This document shows, one piece after another, positions 36,001 to 47,760 of a stretch of 64,000 bases of DNA. The notes under the pieces were generated by a model that was not told where the DNA came from, did not search any database, and worked only from the letters and a program-made list of their open reading frames with translations. The stretch spans positions 837,359 through 901,358 of the forward strand of contig NC_090970.1 in assembly GCF_040807025.1 (NCBI RefSeq), in the 5' to 3' direction. The stretch comes from Struthio camelus (Eukaryota). A program made the position numbers and the translations under genes. Positions within the stretch are counted from its first letter, which is position 1. The number at the start of each line of letters is the position of its first letter.

Positions 36001-37760
36001 AGGTTGTGTTATGGGTCTTGGGTCCATCTCTGGGTCACAACATGATTAGTTAGATCATGACATAGATCATGTTATGGGTGCTGGGTCCATCCCTGGGTCA
36101 CGTTATGGGTCTTGGGTCCATCCCTGGGTCCCACCATGAGCTTCAGGTCCATCTGTGGGTCACGCTATGGGTCTTGGGTCCATCCCTGGGTCCCACCACG
36201 AGCTTCAGGTCCATGCCTGGGTCACGCTATGGGTGCTGGGTCCCTGTATGGGTCACAATGTGATTAGTAGATTATAATGTAGGTCGTGTTATGGGTGCTG
36301 GGCCCATCCCTGGGTCCCACCACGAGCTTCAGGTCCATCCGTGGGTCACACTATGGGTCTTGGGTCCATCTCTGGGGCACGGCGTGATTAGTAGCTCATA
36401 AAGTAGGTCCATCAAGGGGTGCTGGGTCCATCCCTGGGTCCCACCACGAGCTTCAGGTCCATCCGTGGGTCACGCTATGGGTGCTGGGTCCCTGTATGGA
36501 TCATGACATAGATCATGTTATGGGTGCTGGGTCCATCCCTGGGTCCCACTACAAGCTTCAGGTCCATGCCTGGGTCATGCTATGGGTGCTGGGTCCCTGT
36601 ATGGGTCGCAACATGCTTAGTAGATGACAGTGTAGGTTGTGTTATGGGTGCTGGGTCCATCCCTGGGTCCCTGTATGGGTGCTGGGTCCATACTTGGACC
36701 ATGCTATGGGTCTTGGGTCCATCTCTGGGTCGCAGCATGCTTAGTAGATGACAATGTAGGTTGTGTTATGGGTCTTGGGTCCGTCTCTGGGTCACAACAT
36801 GATTAGTTAGATCATGACATAGATCATGTTATGGGTGCTGGGTCCATCCCTGGGTCCCACCATGAGCTTCAGGTCCATCCCTGGGTCACGTTATGGGTCT
36901 TGGGTCCATCCCTGGGTCCCACCATGAGCTTGAGGTCCATGCCTGGGTCACGCTATGGGTCTTGGGTCCATCTCTGGGGCACAGCGTGATTAGTAGCTCA
37001 TAAAGTAGGTCCATCAAGGGGTGCTGGGTCCATCCCTGGGTCCCACCATGAGCTTCAGGTCCATCCGTGGGTCATGCTATGGGTCTTGGGTCCATCTCTG
37101 GGTCGCAGCATGCTTAGTAGATGACAGTGTAGGTCGTGTTATGGGTGCTGGGTCCATGCCTGGGTCCCACCACGAGCTTCAGGTCCATCTGTGGGTCACG
37201 CTATGGGTCTTGGGTCCATCTCTGGGGCACAGCGTGATTAGTAGATCATAAAGTAGGTCCATCAAGGGGTGCTGGGTCCATCCCTGAGTCCCACCACGAG
37301 CTTCAGGTCCATGCCTGGGTCACGCTATGGGTGCTGGGTCCCTGTATGGGTCGCAACATGCTTAGTAGATGACAGTGTAGGTCGTGTTATGGGTGCTGGG
37401 TCCATCCCTGGGTCCCTGTATGGGTGCTGGGTCCATGCTTGGACCATGCTATGGGTCTTGGGTCCATCTCTGGGTCACAACATGATTAGTTAGATCATGA
37501 CATAGATCATGTTATGGGTGCTGGGTCCATCCCTGGGTCCCACCACGAGCTTCAGGTCCACCCCTGGGTCACGCTATGGGTTTTGGATCCATCCCTGGGT
37601 CCCACTACGAGCTTCAGGTCCATCCGTGGGTCACGCTATGGGTCTTGGGTCCATCTCTGGGGCGCAGCGTGATTAGTAGCTCATAAAGTAGGTCCATCAA
37701 GGGGTGCTGGGTCCATCCCTGGGTCCCACCACGAGCTTCAGGTCCATGCCTGGGTCACGC
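27100..37760. repeat. About 10.6-kb satellite array between the PIP4P1 promoter and PNP. Monomers of about 110-130 bp (e.g. ATGGGTCTTGGGTCCATCCCTGGGTCCCACCACGAGCTTCAGGTCCATSC...). 27.1-29.1 kb is a divergent GGGTCC-rich part; 29.1-37.76 kb is organised in a 3261-bp higher-order repeat (about 2.6 copies).
   Basis: Identical ORF translations recur exactly 3261 nt apart: 30117/33378, 30281/33542, 30676/33937, 31732/34993, 32238/35499, 32808/36069, 33254/36515. There is internal 1522/1739 sub-periodicity (31732 vs 33254). Confidence 0.9.
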
Positions 37761-38045
37761 TATGGGTCTTGGGTCCAGCCGTGGCTCCAAGCGTGGCTTC
37801 TGCCTCGCGCCGGGGGTCCCGCCCCGGGGTCCCGCCCCCTCCCCGCTCCTCCCACGTCCTCCCACGGCCCGTCCCACCACCTCCCCTCCCCTTGCCCGGC
37901 CCCGCGCCCCCCCGCCCCCGGCCCCGCCACGTCCCTATGACCTCCCAGACTCCAAAACACGTGTCGGACGGGTCCCGCGTGTCTTCCTCTCGGGGGCGCC
38001 GGCGTTGGCAGCTACGAGGCCTGCGCGGCGGCGGCAGCCTGGGTG

Positions 38046-38178
38046 ATGGCCCGGGCCGGGGGGCCGCCCCCCCGCCTGGCCGTGGTCTGCGGCTCCGGCC
38101 TGGGCGAATTGGCCGAGGCGTTGAGCGAACCGCAGGCCTTCGACTACGCCGACCTGCCCCACTTCCCCCGCAGCACCG
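38046..38178 (+). CDS. PNP: PNP exon 2 (from first in-frame ATG 38046; the frame stays open upstream to about 37941)
   Basis: The human exon1/exon2 junction (ac|C TAT GAA) corresponds here to an acceptor ttggcag|C TAC GAG at 38012, so the true start may lie in an upstream mini-exon. M(M)ARAGGPPPRLAVVCGSGLGELAEALSEPQAFDYADLPHFPRST matches human [38 protein letters not shown]. Donor g|GTGAGT. Confidence 0.8.
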
Positions 38179-38199
38179 GTGAGTCCCGGGGTGGGGGAC

Positions 38200-40020
38200 T
38201 GGGAGGGACTGGGGGCAACTGGGAGGGTTTAGGGGGCGGATTCGAGGAGGTCTGGGGGGGGTCTGGGGGCAACTGGGGGGGTTCTGGGGGTCCTGGAGGG
38301 TAATGGGGGGGTCTGAGGGCCAACTGGGGGGGAACTGGGGGGTCCCGGGGGCAACTGGGAGGTGTTGGGGGGCCTTGGGGGGAACTGGGGGATCTGAGAG
38401 GCGACTGGGGAGAACTGGGGGGGAACTGGGGGGTCTGGGGGGCAACTGGGGCAACAGGGAGGCAACTGGGGAGTCTTTGGGGGGTCCTGGGGGGCAACTG
38501 GGGGTGACTGGGAGGGTCTTGGGGGGGGGAACTGGGAGTAACTGGGGGGTGTGGGGGGCAACTGGGGGGACGGGGGGAACTGGGGGGGACTGGAAGGTCT
38601 GGAGGGAACTGGGGGGGTCTGGGGAGAACTGGGGGGTCTGGGGGGAACTGGGGAGGACTGGGGGGGTTTGAGGGGAACTGGGGGGGAACTGGGGCTCTGG
38701 GGGGCTCTGGGGGGCTCTGGGGAGGACTGGGGGGGTCCTGGGGGGCTCTGGGGAGTCCTGGGGGGGTCCTGGGGGGCTCTGGGAGGACTGAGGGCTCTGG
38801 GGGGGTCCTGGGGGGCTCTGGGAGGTCCTGGGGGGGGTCCTGGGGGGCTCTGGGGGGTCCTGGGGGGGGTCCTGGGGGGCTCTGGGAGGACTGAGGGGTC
38901 CTGGGGGACTCTGGGGGGGGTCTGGGGAGGAACTGGGAGGTCCTGGGGGGGCTCTGGGGGGTTCTGGGGGGCTCTGGGGGGTCGTGGGGGGCTCTGGGAG
39001 GACTGGAGGGTCCTGGGGGCTCTGGGAGGGTCTGGGGGGCTCTGGGGGGTCGTGGGGGGCTCTGGGGGGTCCTGGGGGGCTCTGGGAGGACTGGAGGGTC
39101 CTGGGGGCTCTGGGGGGCTCTGGGGGGCTCTGGGGGGTCGTGGGGGGCTCTGGGGGGTCCTGGGGGGCTCTGGGAGGACTGGAGGGTCCTGGGGGCTCTG
39201 GGGGGGCTCTGGGGGGGCTCTGGGGGGTCCTGGGGGGCTCTGGGGGGTCCTGGGGGGGTCCTGGGGGGTCCTGGGGGGCTCTGGGGGGTCCTGGGGGGCT
39301 CTGGGAGGACTGGGGGGGTCCTGGGGGGCTCTGGGAGGTCCTGGGGGGCTCTGGGAGGTCCTGGGGGGTCCTGGGGGGCTCTGGGAGGACTGGGGGGGTC
39401 CTGGGGGGCTCTGGGAGGTCCTGGGGGGCTCTGGGAGGACTGGGGGGGTCCTGGGGGGCTCTGGGAGGTCCTGGGGGGCTCTGGGAGGACTGGGGGGGTC
39501 CTGGGGGGCTCTAGGGGGCTCTGGGGGGCTCTAGGGGGCTCTGGGGGGGCTCTGGGGGTCCTGGGGGGTCCTGGGGGGCTCTGGGAGTCCTGGGGGGCTC
39601 TGGGGGGGCTCTGGGGGGGCTCTGGGGGGGTCCTGGGGGTCCTGGGGGGCTCTGGGAGGCTCTGGGAGGTCCTGGGGGGGTCTGGGGGGGTCTGGGAGGC
39701 TCTGGGAGGTCCTGGGGGGGTCCTGGGGGGGTCTGGGAGGTCCTGGGGGGGTCCTGGGGGGGTCTGGGAGGCTCTGGGAGGTCCTGGGGGGGTCCTGGGG
39801 GGTCCTGGGGGGCTCTGGGAGGACTGGGGGGGTCCTGGGGGCTCTGGGGGGCTCTGGGGGGCTCTGGGGGGGTCCTGGGGGGGTCTGGGGAGGACTGGGG
39901 GTGTGTGGGAGCTCTTGGGGGGTCCTGGGGGGGTCCTGGAGGGGTCTGGGGGGCTCTGGGGGCTCTGGGGGGTCTGGGGGCTCTGGGGGGGTCCTGGGGG
40001 GCTCTGGGGGGTCTGGGGGG
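38200..40020. repeat. About 20-bp repeat (GGGGGCTCTGGGGGGTCCTG / GGGAACTGGGGGG)n filling PNP intron 2
   Basis: Read directly. Confidence 0.9.
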
Positions 40021-40065
40021 TCTGCCCCCCCCGGCGCTGACGGTGACGGGGGGTGGGGGGGGCAG

Positions 40066-40169
40066 TGGCGGGCCACGCCGGGCGCCTGGTGCTGGGCTGG
40101 CTGGGGGGGCGGCGCTGCGCCCTGCTGCAGGGGCGCTTCCACCTCTACGAGGGCTACAGCCCGGCCCAG
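40066..40169 (+). CDS. PNP: PNP exon 3
   Basis: Acceptor ggggggcag|tg. (V)[34 protein letters not shown] matches human [35 protein letters not shown]. Donor cag|GTGCGC. Confidence 0.9.
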
Positions 40170-40986
40170 GTGCGCCCGGACGCCGGGGCCCCCGCCCCCC
40201 CCACCCCCCCAGCCCTGCGCGCGCCCCACCCGGACGCCGGGGCCCCTCCTGAAACTCCTGGGCCCCTTCCCCGGACACCAGGGCCCCTCCCCCGGACGCC
40301 TGGGCCCCTCCCCGGACGCCTGGGCCCCTCCCCGGACGCCTGGGCCCCTCTCTGAACACCTGGGACCCCTCCCCGGACACCTGGGCCCCTCCCCGGACAC
40401 CTAGGCCACCTCCCCCGGACGCCTGGGCCCCCTCCCGGACGCCTGGGCCCCTTTCCTGGACGCCTGGGCCCCTTCCCCGGACGCCTGGGCCCCTTCCCCG
40501 GACACCTGGGCCCCTCCCCGGACACCTAGGCCACCTCCCCCGGACACCTGGGCCCCCTCCCGGACACCTGGGCCCCTTTCCCAGACACTGGGGCCCCTCC
40601 CCGGACGCCTGGGCCCCTCCTGAAACTCCTGGGCCCCTTCCCTGGACGCCTGGGCCCCCTCCCCGGACGCCTGGGCCCCCTCCCCCGGACACCTGGGCCC
40701 CTCCTGAAACTCCTGGGCCCCCCGTTCCCCGGACACCTGGGTCCCTCCCCGGACACCTGGGCCCCTTCCCCGGACACCTGGGCCCCTTTCCCAGACACTG
40801 GGGCCCTTCCCCGGACGCCTGGGCCCCTCCTGAAACTCCTGGGCCCCCTTCCCCGGACACCTGGGCCCCTCCTGAAACTCCTGGGCCCCCCGTTCCCCGG
40901 ACGCCTGGGCCCCGTGCCCGCACCCTGGCCCCCTCCCCGGCCCCCCGGCCCCCCACCGGCGGCCAGCTGAGGGCGGCCGGCGGCAG

Positions 40987-41162
40987 GTGGCCATGCCGGT
41001 GCGCACGCTGCGCCTGCTGGGCGCCCGCACGCTGGTGCTGACCAACGCGGCCGGCGGCCTCGGGCCCGAGCTGGCCCCCGGCGACCTGCTGGTGCTGCGC
41101 GACCACCTCAACCTGCCCGGCCTGGCCGCCTGCAGCCCCCTGGCCGGCCCCAACGACGAGCG
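40987..41162 (+). CDS. PNP: PNP exon 4
   Basis: VAMPVRTLRLLGARTLVLTNAAGGLGPELAPGDLLVLRDHLNLPGLAACSPLAGPNDE(R) matches human [59 protein letters not shown]. Donor cg|GTGAGC. Confidence 0.92.
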
Positions 41163-41189
41163 GTGAGCGCCCGGCGCCCCCGGCAGCGG

Positions 41190-42780
41190 CGCGGGGGGCC
41201 CAGGCGGCCCGGCGGGGACGGAGGCAGGGGGCCCAGGAGTCCGGGGAGGGAGGAGAGGGCCCAGGAGTCCGGGCGGCTGCGGAGGGAGGGGGCCCAGGAG
41301 TCCGGGGAGGGAGGAGGGGGCCCAGGAGTCTGGGGAGGGGGCCCAGGAGTCTGGGCGGCTGCGGAGGGAGGGGGCCCAGGAGTCCGGGGAGGGACGGAGG
41401 GGGCCCAGGAGTCCGGGCGGCTGCGGAGGGAGGGGGCCCAGGTGTCCGGGGAGGGACGGAGGGGGCCCAGGAGTCCGGGCGGCTGCAGAGGGAGGGGGCC
41501 CAGGTGTCCGGGAACAGAGGGAGGGGGCCCAGGAGTCCGGGGAGGGAGGGGGCCCAGGAGTCCGGGCAGCGGCGCGGGGGGCCCAGGCGGCCCGGCGGGG
41601 ACGGAGGGAGGGGGCCCAGGAGTCCGGGGAGGGAGGAGGGGGCCCAGGTGTCCGGGCAGCGGCGCGGGGGGCCCAGGCGGCCGGGCGGGACAGAGGGAGG
41701 GGGCCCAGGAGTCCGGGGAGGGAGGGGGCCCAGGAGTCCGGGCAGTGGCGCAGGGGGCCCAGGCGGCCGGGCGGGACAGAGGGAGGGGGCCCAGGAGTCC
41801 GGGGAGGGAGGGGGCCCAGGTGTTCGGGGAGGGAGGGGGCCCAGGTGTTCGGGAAGGCAGTGGAGGGAGGGGGCCCAGGTGTCTGGGGAGGGAGGAGGGG
41901 GCCCAGGAGTCCGGACGGGCAGGGAGGGAGGGGGCCCAGGAGTCCGGGGAGGGAGGGGGCCCAGGTGTCCGGGCAGCGGCGCGGGGGGCCCAGGCGGCCC
42001 GGCGGGGACGGAGGGAGGGGGCCCAGGAGTCTGGGGAGGGAGGGGGCCCAGGTGTCCAGGAAGGGAGGGATGGGGCCCAGGAGTCCGGGTGGCTGAGGAG
42101 GGAGGGGGCCCAGGAGTCCAAGGAGGGAGGAGGGGGCCCAGGCGTCCGGGGAGGGAGGAGGGGGCCCAGGAGTCCGGGGAGGGAGGGGGCCCAGGTGTCC
42201 GGGCAGCGGCGCGGGGGGCCCAGGCGGCCCGGCGGGGATGGAGGGAGGGGGCCCAGGAGTCCGGGGAGGGAGGGGGCCCAGGAGTCCGGGGAGGGAGGGA
42301 GGGGGCCCAGGAGTCCGGGCGGCTGCAGAGGGAGGGGGCCCAGGTGTCCGGGGACAGAGGGAGGGGGCCCAGGTGTTCGGGGAGGGAGGAGGGGGCCCAG
42401 GTGTTCGGGGAGGGAGGGAGGGGGCCCAGGCGTCCGGGCGGGCAGGGGCGGAGGGGGCCCAGGAGTCCGGGGACGGAGGGAGGGGGCCCAGGAGTCTGGG
42501 GAGGGGGCCCAGGTGTCCGGACGGCTGCGGAGGGAGGGGGCCCAGGAGTCCGGGGAGGGAGGGAGGGGCCCAAGCGTCCGGGGAGGGGCCCAGGCGTCCG
42601 GGAAAGGGGCCCAGGCGTCCGGGGAGGGGCCCAGGCGTCCGGGGAAGGGGCCCAGGCGTCCGGGAAAGGGCCCAGGTGTCCGGGGAGGGACCCAGGCGTC
42701 CGGGGAAGAGGCCCAGGCCTCCGGGAAAGAGGCCCAGGCGTCCGGGCCGGGACCCAGGCGTCCGGGAGAGGTTGGGTACG
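41190..42780. repeat. Minisatellite variant (GGGGGCCCAGGAGTCCGGGGAGGGAGGR...)n filling PNP intron 4
   Basis: Read directly. Confidence 0.9.
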
Positions 42781-42825
42781 ACCCCCCCCCCGACCCCCCC
42801 CCCACCTTGGGGTGCCGCCCCGCAG

Positions 42826-43016
42826 GTTCGGGCCCCGCTTCCCGGCCATGGCGGACGCCTACGACGCGGGGCTGCGGGCGCTGGCCCTGGAGCTGGCCGC
42901 CCGGGTGGCGCCGGAGCTGCGGGCCCGCGAGGGCGTCTACTGCGGCGTCGGCGGCCCCAGCTACGAGACGGTGGCCGAGTGCCGCTTCCTGAAGCTCGCC
43001 GGCGCCGACGCCGTGG
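42826..43016 (+). CDS. PNP: PNP exon 5
   Basis: Acceptor ccccgcag. (R)FGPRFPAMADAYDAGLRALALELAARVAPELRAREGVYCGVGGPSYETVAECRFLKLAGADAV(G) matches human [64 protein letters not shown]. Donor g|GTGAGT. Confidence 0.92.
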
Positions 43017-43259
43017 GTGAGTGGCGCCGCGGCGTGTAATTAGCCCGTAATTACAACTTTGGGCCTGTGTAATTAGCATGTAACAAGCCCATGCGTTGCC
43101 AATTGCCCGCATTGTAATTACAATGTAATAAGCACCGCGCGGCTTTGTAATTACCATGTAATTACACTGTAATTACTATGTAATTACTAGCTAATTACCG
43201 CACGGGTAGCTCGCAGTCGGCGTGTAAGGCTGCGCTCAGCCCACACTCAGCCCACACTC

Positions 43260-45260
43260 AACCCGCACTCAGCCCGCTCTTTGCAGACATGTTGCATGCA
43301 GCTTGCACACGCTTAGCGCGCTCTTTGCGTGTCCTTTGCAGGCGCTTTGCACGTGCTTGGCGTGCGGTTTGCACACACTCGGCCCGCGCTTTGCCCGCTC
43401 TCTGCGTGCACTTCGCGCGCACGTTGCGTGCACTTTGCGTGCTCTTTGCACGCGCGTTGCACGCACGTTGTGTGCGCATTGCGTGCAGTTTGCATGCGCT
43501 TTCTGCGCTCTTTGCACGCTCGTTGCCTGCACTTTGCGTGCACGTTGCGTGCACTTTGCGTGCTCTTTGTGTACACGTTGCACACATGTTGCACGCACGT
43601 TGCACGCACGTTGCATGCACTTTGCGTGCACATTGCGTGCTCTTCTCGTGCTCTTTGCATGCACGTTGCATGCACGTTGCAGGCACTTTGTGTGCACGTT
43701 GCCTGCACGTTGCACACACGTTGCGTGCACATTGCATGCACTTTGCACACACGTTGCACACACATTGCACGCACGTTGTGTGCTCTTTGCGTGCTCTTTG
43801 CCTGCACTTTGTGTGCACGTTGCGTGCATGTTGCACGCACTTTGTGTGCTCTTTGCACACACATTGCCTGCACTTTGCACACACGTTGTATGCACTTTGC
43901 ACGCACATTGCTTACACTTTTGCACGCACCTTGCATGCACTTTGTGTGCACATTGCACGCACTTTGCACACACATTGCACGCACTTTGCATGCACTTTGC
44001 GGGGTCTTTGCACACACATTGCCTGCACTTTGCACACACATTGCACGCACTTTGTGTGCACGTTGCATGCACTTTGCATGCACTTTGTGTGCACATTGCA
44101 TGCACTTTGCACACACGTTGCACACACATTGCACGCACTTTGCACACACTTTGCGTGCACTTTGCACGCACATTGCACACACATTGCACGCACTTTGCGT
44201 GCTCTTTGCCTGCACTTTGCACGCACGTTGCCTGCACTTTGCACGCACTTTGCACGCACTTTGCACGCACATTGCACACACTTTGCCTGCACTTTGCACG
44301 CACTTTGCACACACATTGCACGCACTTTGCATGCACTTTGCGGGGTCTTTGCACACACATTGCCTGCACTTTGTGTGCTCTTTGCCTGCACTTTGCACAC
44401 ACATTGCACGCACTTTGCACACACATTGCACGCACTTTGTGTGCACGTTGCATGCACTTTGCATGCACTTTGTGTGCACATTGCATGCACTTTGCACACA
44501 CGTTGCACACACATTGCACGCACTTTGCACACACTTTGCGTGCACTTTGCACGCACATTGCACACACATTGCACGCACTTTGCGTGCTCTTTGCCTGCAC
44601 TTTGCACGCACGTTGCCTGCACTTTGCACGCACTTTGCACGCACTTTGCACGCACATTGCACACACTTTGCCTGCACTTTGCACGCACTTTGCACACACA
44701 TTGCACGCACTTTGCATGCACTTTTTGTGCACTTTGCCTGCACTTTGCACGCACATTGCACACACTTTGCCTGCACTTTGCACGCACTTTGCACACACAT
44801 TGCACGCACTTTGCATGCACTTTTTGTGCACTTTGCATGCACTTTGCACGCACATTGCACACACGTTGCCTGCACTTTGCACGCACTTTGCACGCACTTT
44901 CCGTGCTCTTTGCCTGCACTTTGCACACACATTGCACACACTTTGCACGCACTTTGCGTGCTCTTTGCCTGCACGTTGCCTGCACTTTGCACACACATTG
45001 CCTGCACTTTGCACGCACTTTGCGTGCTCTTTGCCTGCACTTTGCACACACATTGCACACACATTGCACACACTTTGCATGCACTTTGCACACACTTTGC
45101 GTGCTCTTTGCCTGCACTTTGCACGCACGTTGCCTGCACTTTGCCTGCACTTTGCACACACTTTGCACGCACTTTGCCTGCACTTTGCCTGCACGTTGCC
45201 TGCACTTTGCACGCACTTTGCACGCTCTTGCCGTGCTCTTGGCGTGCTCTGGCCGTGCTC
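43260..45260. repeat. About 2-kb tandem repeat (TTGCACGCACTTTGCACACACA, about 11/22-bp) in PNP intron 5, preceded by a GTAATTAC/TAATTA cluster at 43030-43200
   Basis: Read directly. Produces the spurious cysteine-rich ORFs on both strands (43269-45431 etc.). Confidence 0.9.
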
Positions 45261-45355
45261 GGCCGCCGGGGGGGGGGGGGGGAACACGCCGCCGCGCGTG
45301 GCCCGGCGCCGTCGGCCCCCCCCTTGACCCCCCCCCCGCCGCCGCCCGCCGCCAG

Positions 45356-45642
45356 GCATGAGCACGGTGCACGAGGCGGTGGCCGCCCGCCACTGCGGCC
45401 TGCGCCTCCTCGGCCTCTCGCTCATCACCAACGCGGCCGCCCTCGACTACGAGCGGCCGCCGGCCGCCGGCCACGCCGAGGTGCTGGCGGCCGCCCGCCG
45501 GGCCGCCCGCGCCCTCCGCGCCCTCCTGGCCGCCCTCGCCCGCCGCCTGCCCCCCGACGACGAGGAGGAGGAGGAGGCCGAAGGCCGCCGCGGGGAGGAG
45601 GAGGAGGAGGAGGGAGACGGCGCCCGCCGCCAGGCTGCCTAG
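45356..45642 (+). CDS. PNP: PNP exon 6 (terminal; TAG 45640-45642) with an acidic low-complexity C-terminal extension
   Basis: (G)MSTVHEAVAARHCGLRLLGLSLITNAAALDYERPPAAGHAEVLAAARRAARALRALLAALARRLPPDDEEEEEAEGRRGEEEEEEGDGARRQAA* matches human [71 protein letters not shown]. This is ORF 45358..45642 in the track. Confidence 0.9.
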
Positions 45643-45659
45643 CGGCGCCTCCCCAGTGC

Positions 45660-47760
45660 GCGGTTCGGGGAGGGGCGGGGGGGGGGCCCAGGCGTCCGGG
45701 TGCTTTAACCCCCTCCCGCCCCCCCCCATCCCCTCCCACAAAGGGCCCAGGCGTCCGGGGACCCGCCATCCTGCCCATCCCCCCCCTAAAGGGCCCAGGT
45801 GTCCGGGGACCCTCCATCCTGCCCATCCCCCACCCCGAAGGGCCCAGGCGTCCGGGGACCCACCATCCTGTTCATCCCCCCCCAAAGGGCCCAGGCGTCC
45901 GGGTGTCTTAACCCCCCCCCCAAAGGGCCCAGGCGTCCGGGGACCCTCCATCCTGCCCATCCCCCCCCCCCAAAGGGCCCAGGCATCCGGGTGTCTTAAC
46001 CCCCCCCCACCCCAATGGGCCCAGGCGTCCGGGTGTCTTAACCCCCCCCCCAAAGGGCCCAGGCGTCCGGGGACCCTCCATCCTGCTCATCCCCCCCCTA
46101 AAGGGCCCAGGCGTCCGGGTGTCTTAACCCCCCCCCCAAAGGGCCCAGGCGTCCGGGGACCCTCCATCCTCTTCATCCCCCCCCTAAAGGGCCCAGGCGT
46201 CTGGGTGTCTTAACCCCCCCCATCCCCCACCCCAAAAGGGCCCAGGCGTCCGGGGACCCACCATCCTGCCCATCCCCCACCCCCAAAGGGCCCAGGCGTC
46301 CGGGTGTCTTAACCCCCCCCCATCCCCACCCCAAAAGGGCCCAGGCGTCCGGGGACCCTCCATCCTGCCCATCCCCCCCCCAAAGGGCCCAGGCGTCCGG
46401 GTGTCTTAACCCCCCCCCCAAAGGGCCCAGGCGTCCGGGTGTCTTAACCCCCCCATCCCCCCCCCAAAAGGGCCCAGGCGTCCAGGGACCCACCATCCTG
46501 CCCATCCCCCCCCCAAAAGGGCCCAGGCGTCCGGGGACCCTCCATCCTGCCCATCCCCCCCCTAAAGGGCCCAGGCGTCCGGGTGTCTTAACCCCCCCCA
46601 TCCCCCCCCCAAAAGGGCCCAGGCGTCCAGGGACCCTCCATCCTGCCCATCCCCCCCCAAAAGGGCCCAGGCGTCCGAGTGTCTTAACCCCCCCCCCCAA
46701 AGGGCCCAGGCGTCCGGGTGTCTTAACCCCCCCCCAAAAGGGCCCAGGCGTCCGGGGACCCGCCATCCTGCCCATCCCCCCCCCAAAGGGCCCAGGCATC
46801 CGGGTGTCTTAACCCCCCCCATCCCCCACCCCGAAGGGCCCAGGCGTCCGGGGACCCTCCATCCTGCCCATCCCCCCCCAAAAGGGCCCAGGCGTCCGGG
46901 TGTCTTAACCCCCCCCCCAATGGGCCCAGGCGTCCGGGTGTCTTAACCCCCCCCCCAAAAGGGCCCAGGCGTCCGGGTGTCTTAACCCCCCCCCCCAAAA
47001 GGGCCCAGGCGTCCGGGGACCCTCCATCCTGTTCATCCCCCCCCCAAAGGGCCCAGGCGTCCGGGTGTCTTAACCCCCCCCATCCCCCCCCCAAAGGGCC
47101 CAGGCGTCCGGGGACCCGCCATCCTGCCCATCCCCCCCCAAAAGGGCCCAGGCGTCCGGGTGTCTTAACCCCCCCCCCCCAATGGGCCCAGGCGTCCGGG
47201 TGTCTTAACCCCCCCCCCAAAAGGGCCCAGGCGTCCGGGTGTCTTAACCCCCCCCCCCCCAAAAGGGCCCAGGCGTCCGGGGACCCGCCATCCTGCCCAT
47301 CCCCCCCCTAAAGGGCCCAGGCGTCCGGGGACCCGCCATCCTGTTCATCCCCCCCCAAAGGGCCCAGGCGTCCGGGTGTCTTAACCCCCCCCCAAAAAGG
47401 GCCCAGGCGTCCGGGGACCCTCCATCCTGCCCATCCCCCACCCCGAAGGGCCCAGGCGTCCGGGGACCCTCCATCCTGCCCATCCCCCACCCCGAAGGGC
47501 CCAGGCGTCCGGGGACCCTCCATCCTGCCCATCCCCCCCCCAAAGGGCCCAGGCGTCCGGGGACCCTCCATCCTGCCCATCCCCCCCCCAAAGGGCCCAG
47601 GCGTCCGGGGACCCTCCATCCTGCCCATCCCCCACCCCGAAGGGCCCAGGCGTCTGGGGACCCGCCATCCTGCCCATCCCCCACCCCGAAGGGCCCAGGC
47701 GTCCGGGGACCCTCCATCCTGCCCATCCCCCCCCCAAAAGGGCCCAGGCGTCCGGGTGCC
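45660..47760. repeat. About 42-84-bp tandem repeat (AAAGGGCCCAGGCGTCCGGGTGTCTTAACCCCCCC / ...GGGGACCCTCCATCCTGCCCATCCCCCCCC)n downstream of the PNP stop codon
   Basis: Read directly. Confidence 0.9.

Larger units (their letters stand above)
38012..45642 (+). other. PNP: PNP gene (purine nucleoside phosphorylase); coding exons 2-6 identified, with a probable tiny 5' coding exon just upstream
   Basis: Spliced product ...YEACAAAAAWVMARAGGPPPRLAVVCGSGLGELAEALSEPQAFDYADLPHFPRST|[35 protein letters not shown]|VAMPVRTLRLLGARTLVLTNAAGGLGPELAPGDLLVLRDHLNLPGLAACSPLAGPNDER|FGPRFPAMADAYDAGLRALALELAARVAPELRAREGVYCGVGGPSYETVAECRFLKLAGADAVG|MSTVHEAVAARHCGLRLLGLSLITNAAALDYERPPAAGHAEVLAAARRAA... is collinear with human PNP. 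The phosphate and purine binding motifs are conserved. Confidence 0.92.

Noticed and set aside
27100-37760. Dozens of 60-160-aa plus-strand ORFs (MLWVLGPSLGPTTSFRSMPGSCYGCWVPVWV...) recurring through the satellite
   Set aside because: Identical ORFs recur at the 3261-bp satellite period. They are short, lack homology to known domains, and are explained by low stop-codon frequency in the GGGTCC-rich repeat.
43260-45431. Cysteine-rich repetitive ORFs (CVQSACNVCAKCRQ...; 720 aa on minus and three about 650-860-aa ORFs on plus), superficially like keratin-associated or metallothionein-like proteins
   Set aside because: They lie entirely within the (TTGCACGCACTTTGCACACACA)n repeat of PNP intron 5. 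TGC/TGT codons arise from the repeat unit itself. Both strands and all frames are open. There is no exon structure.
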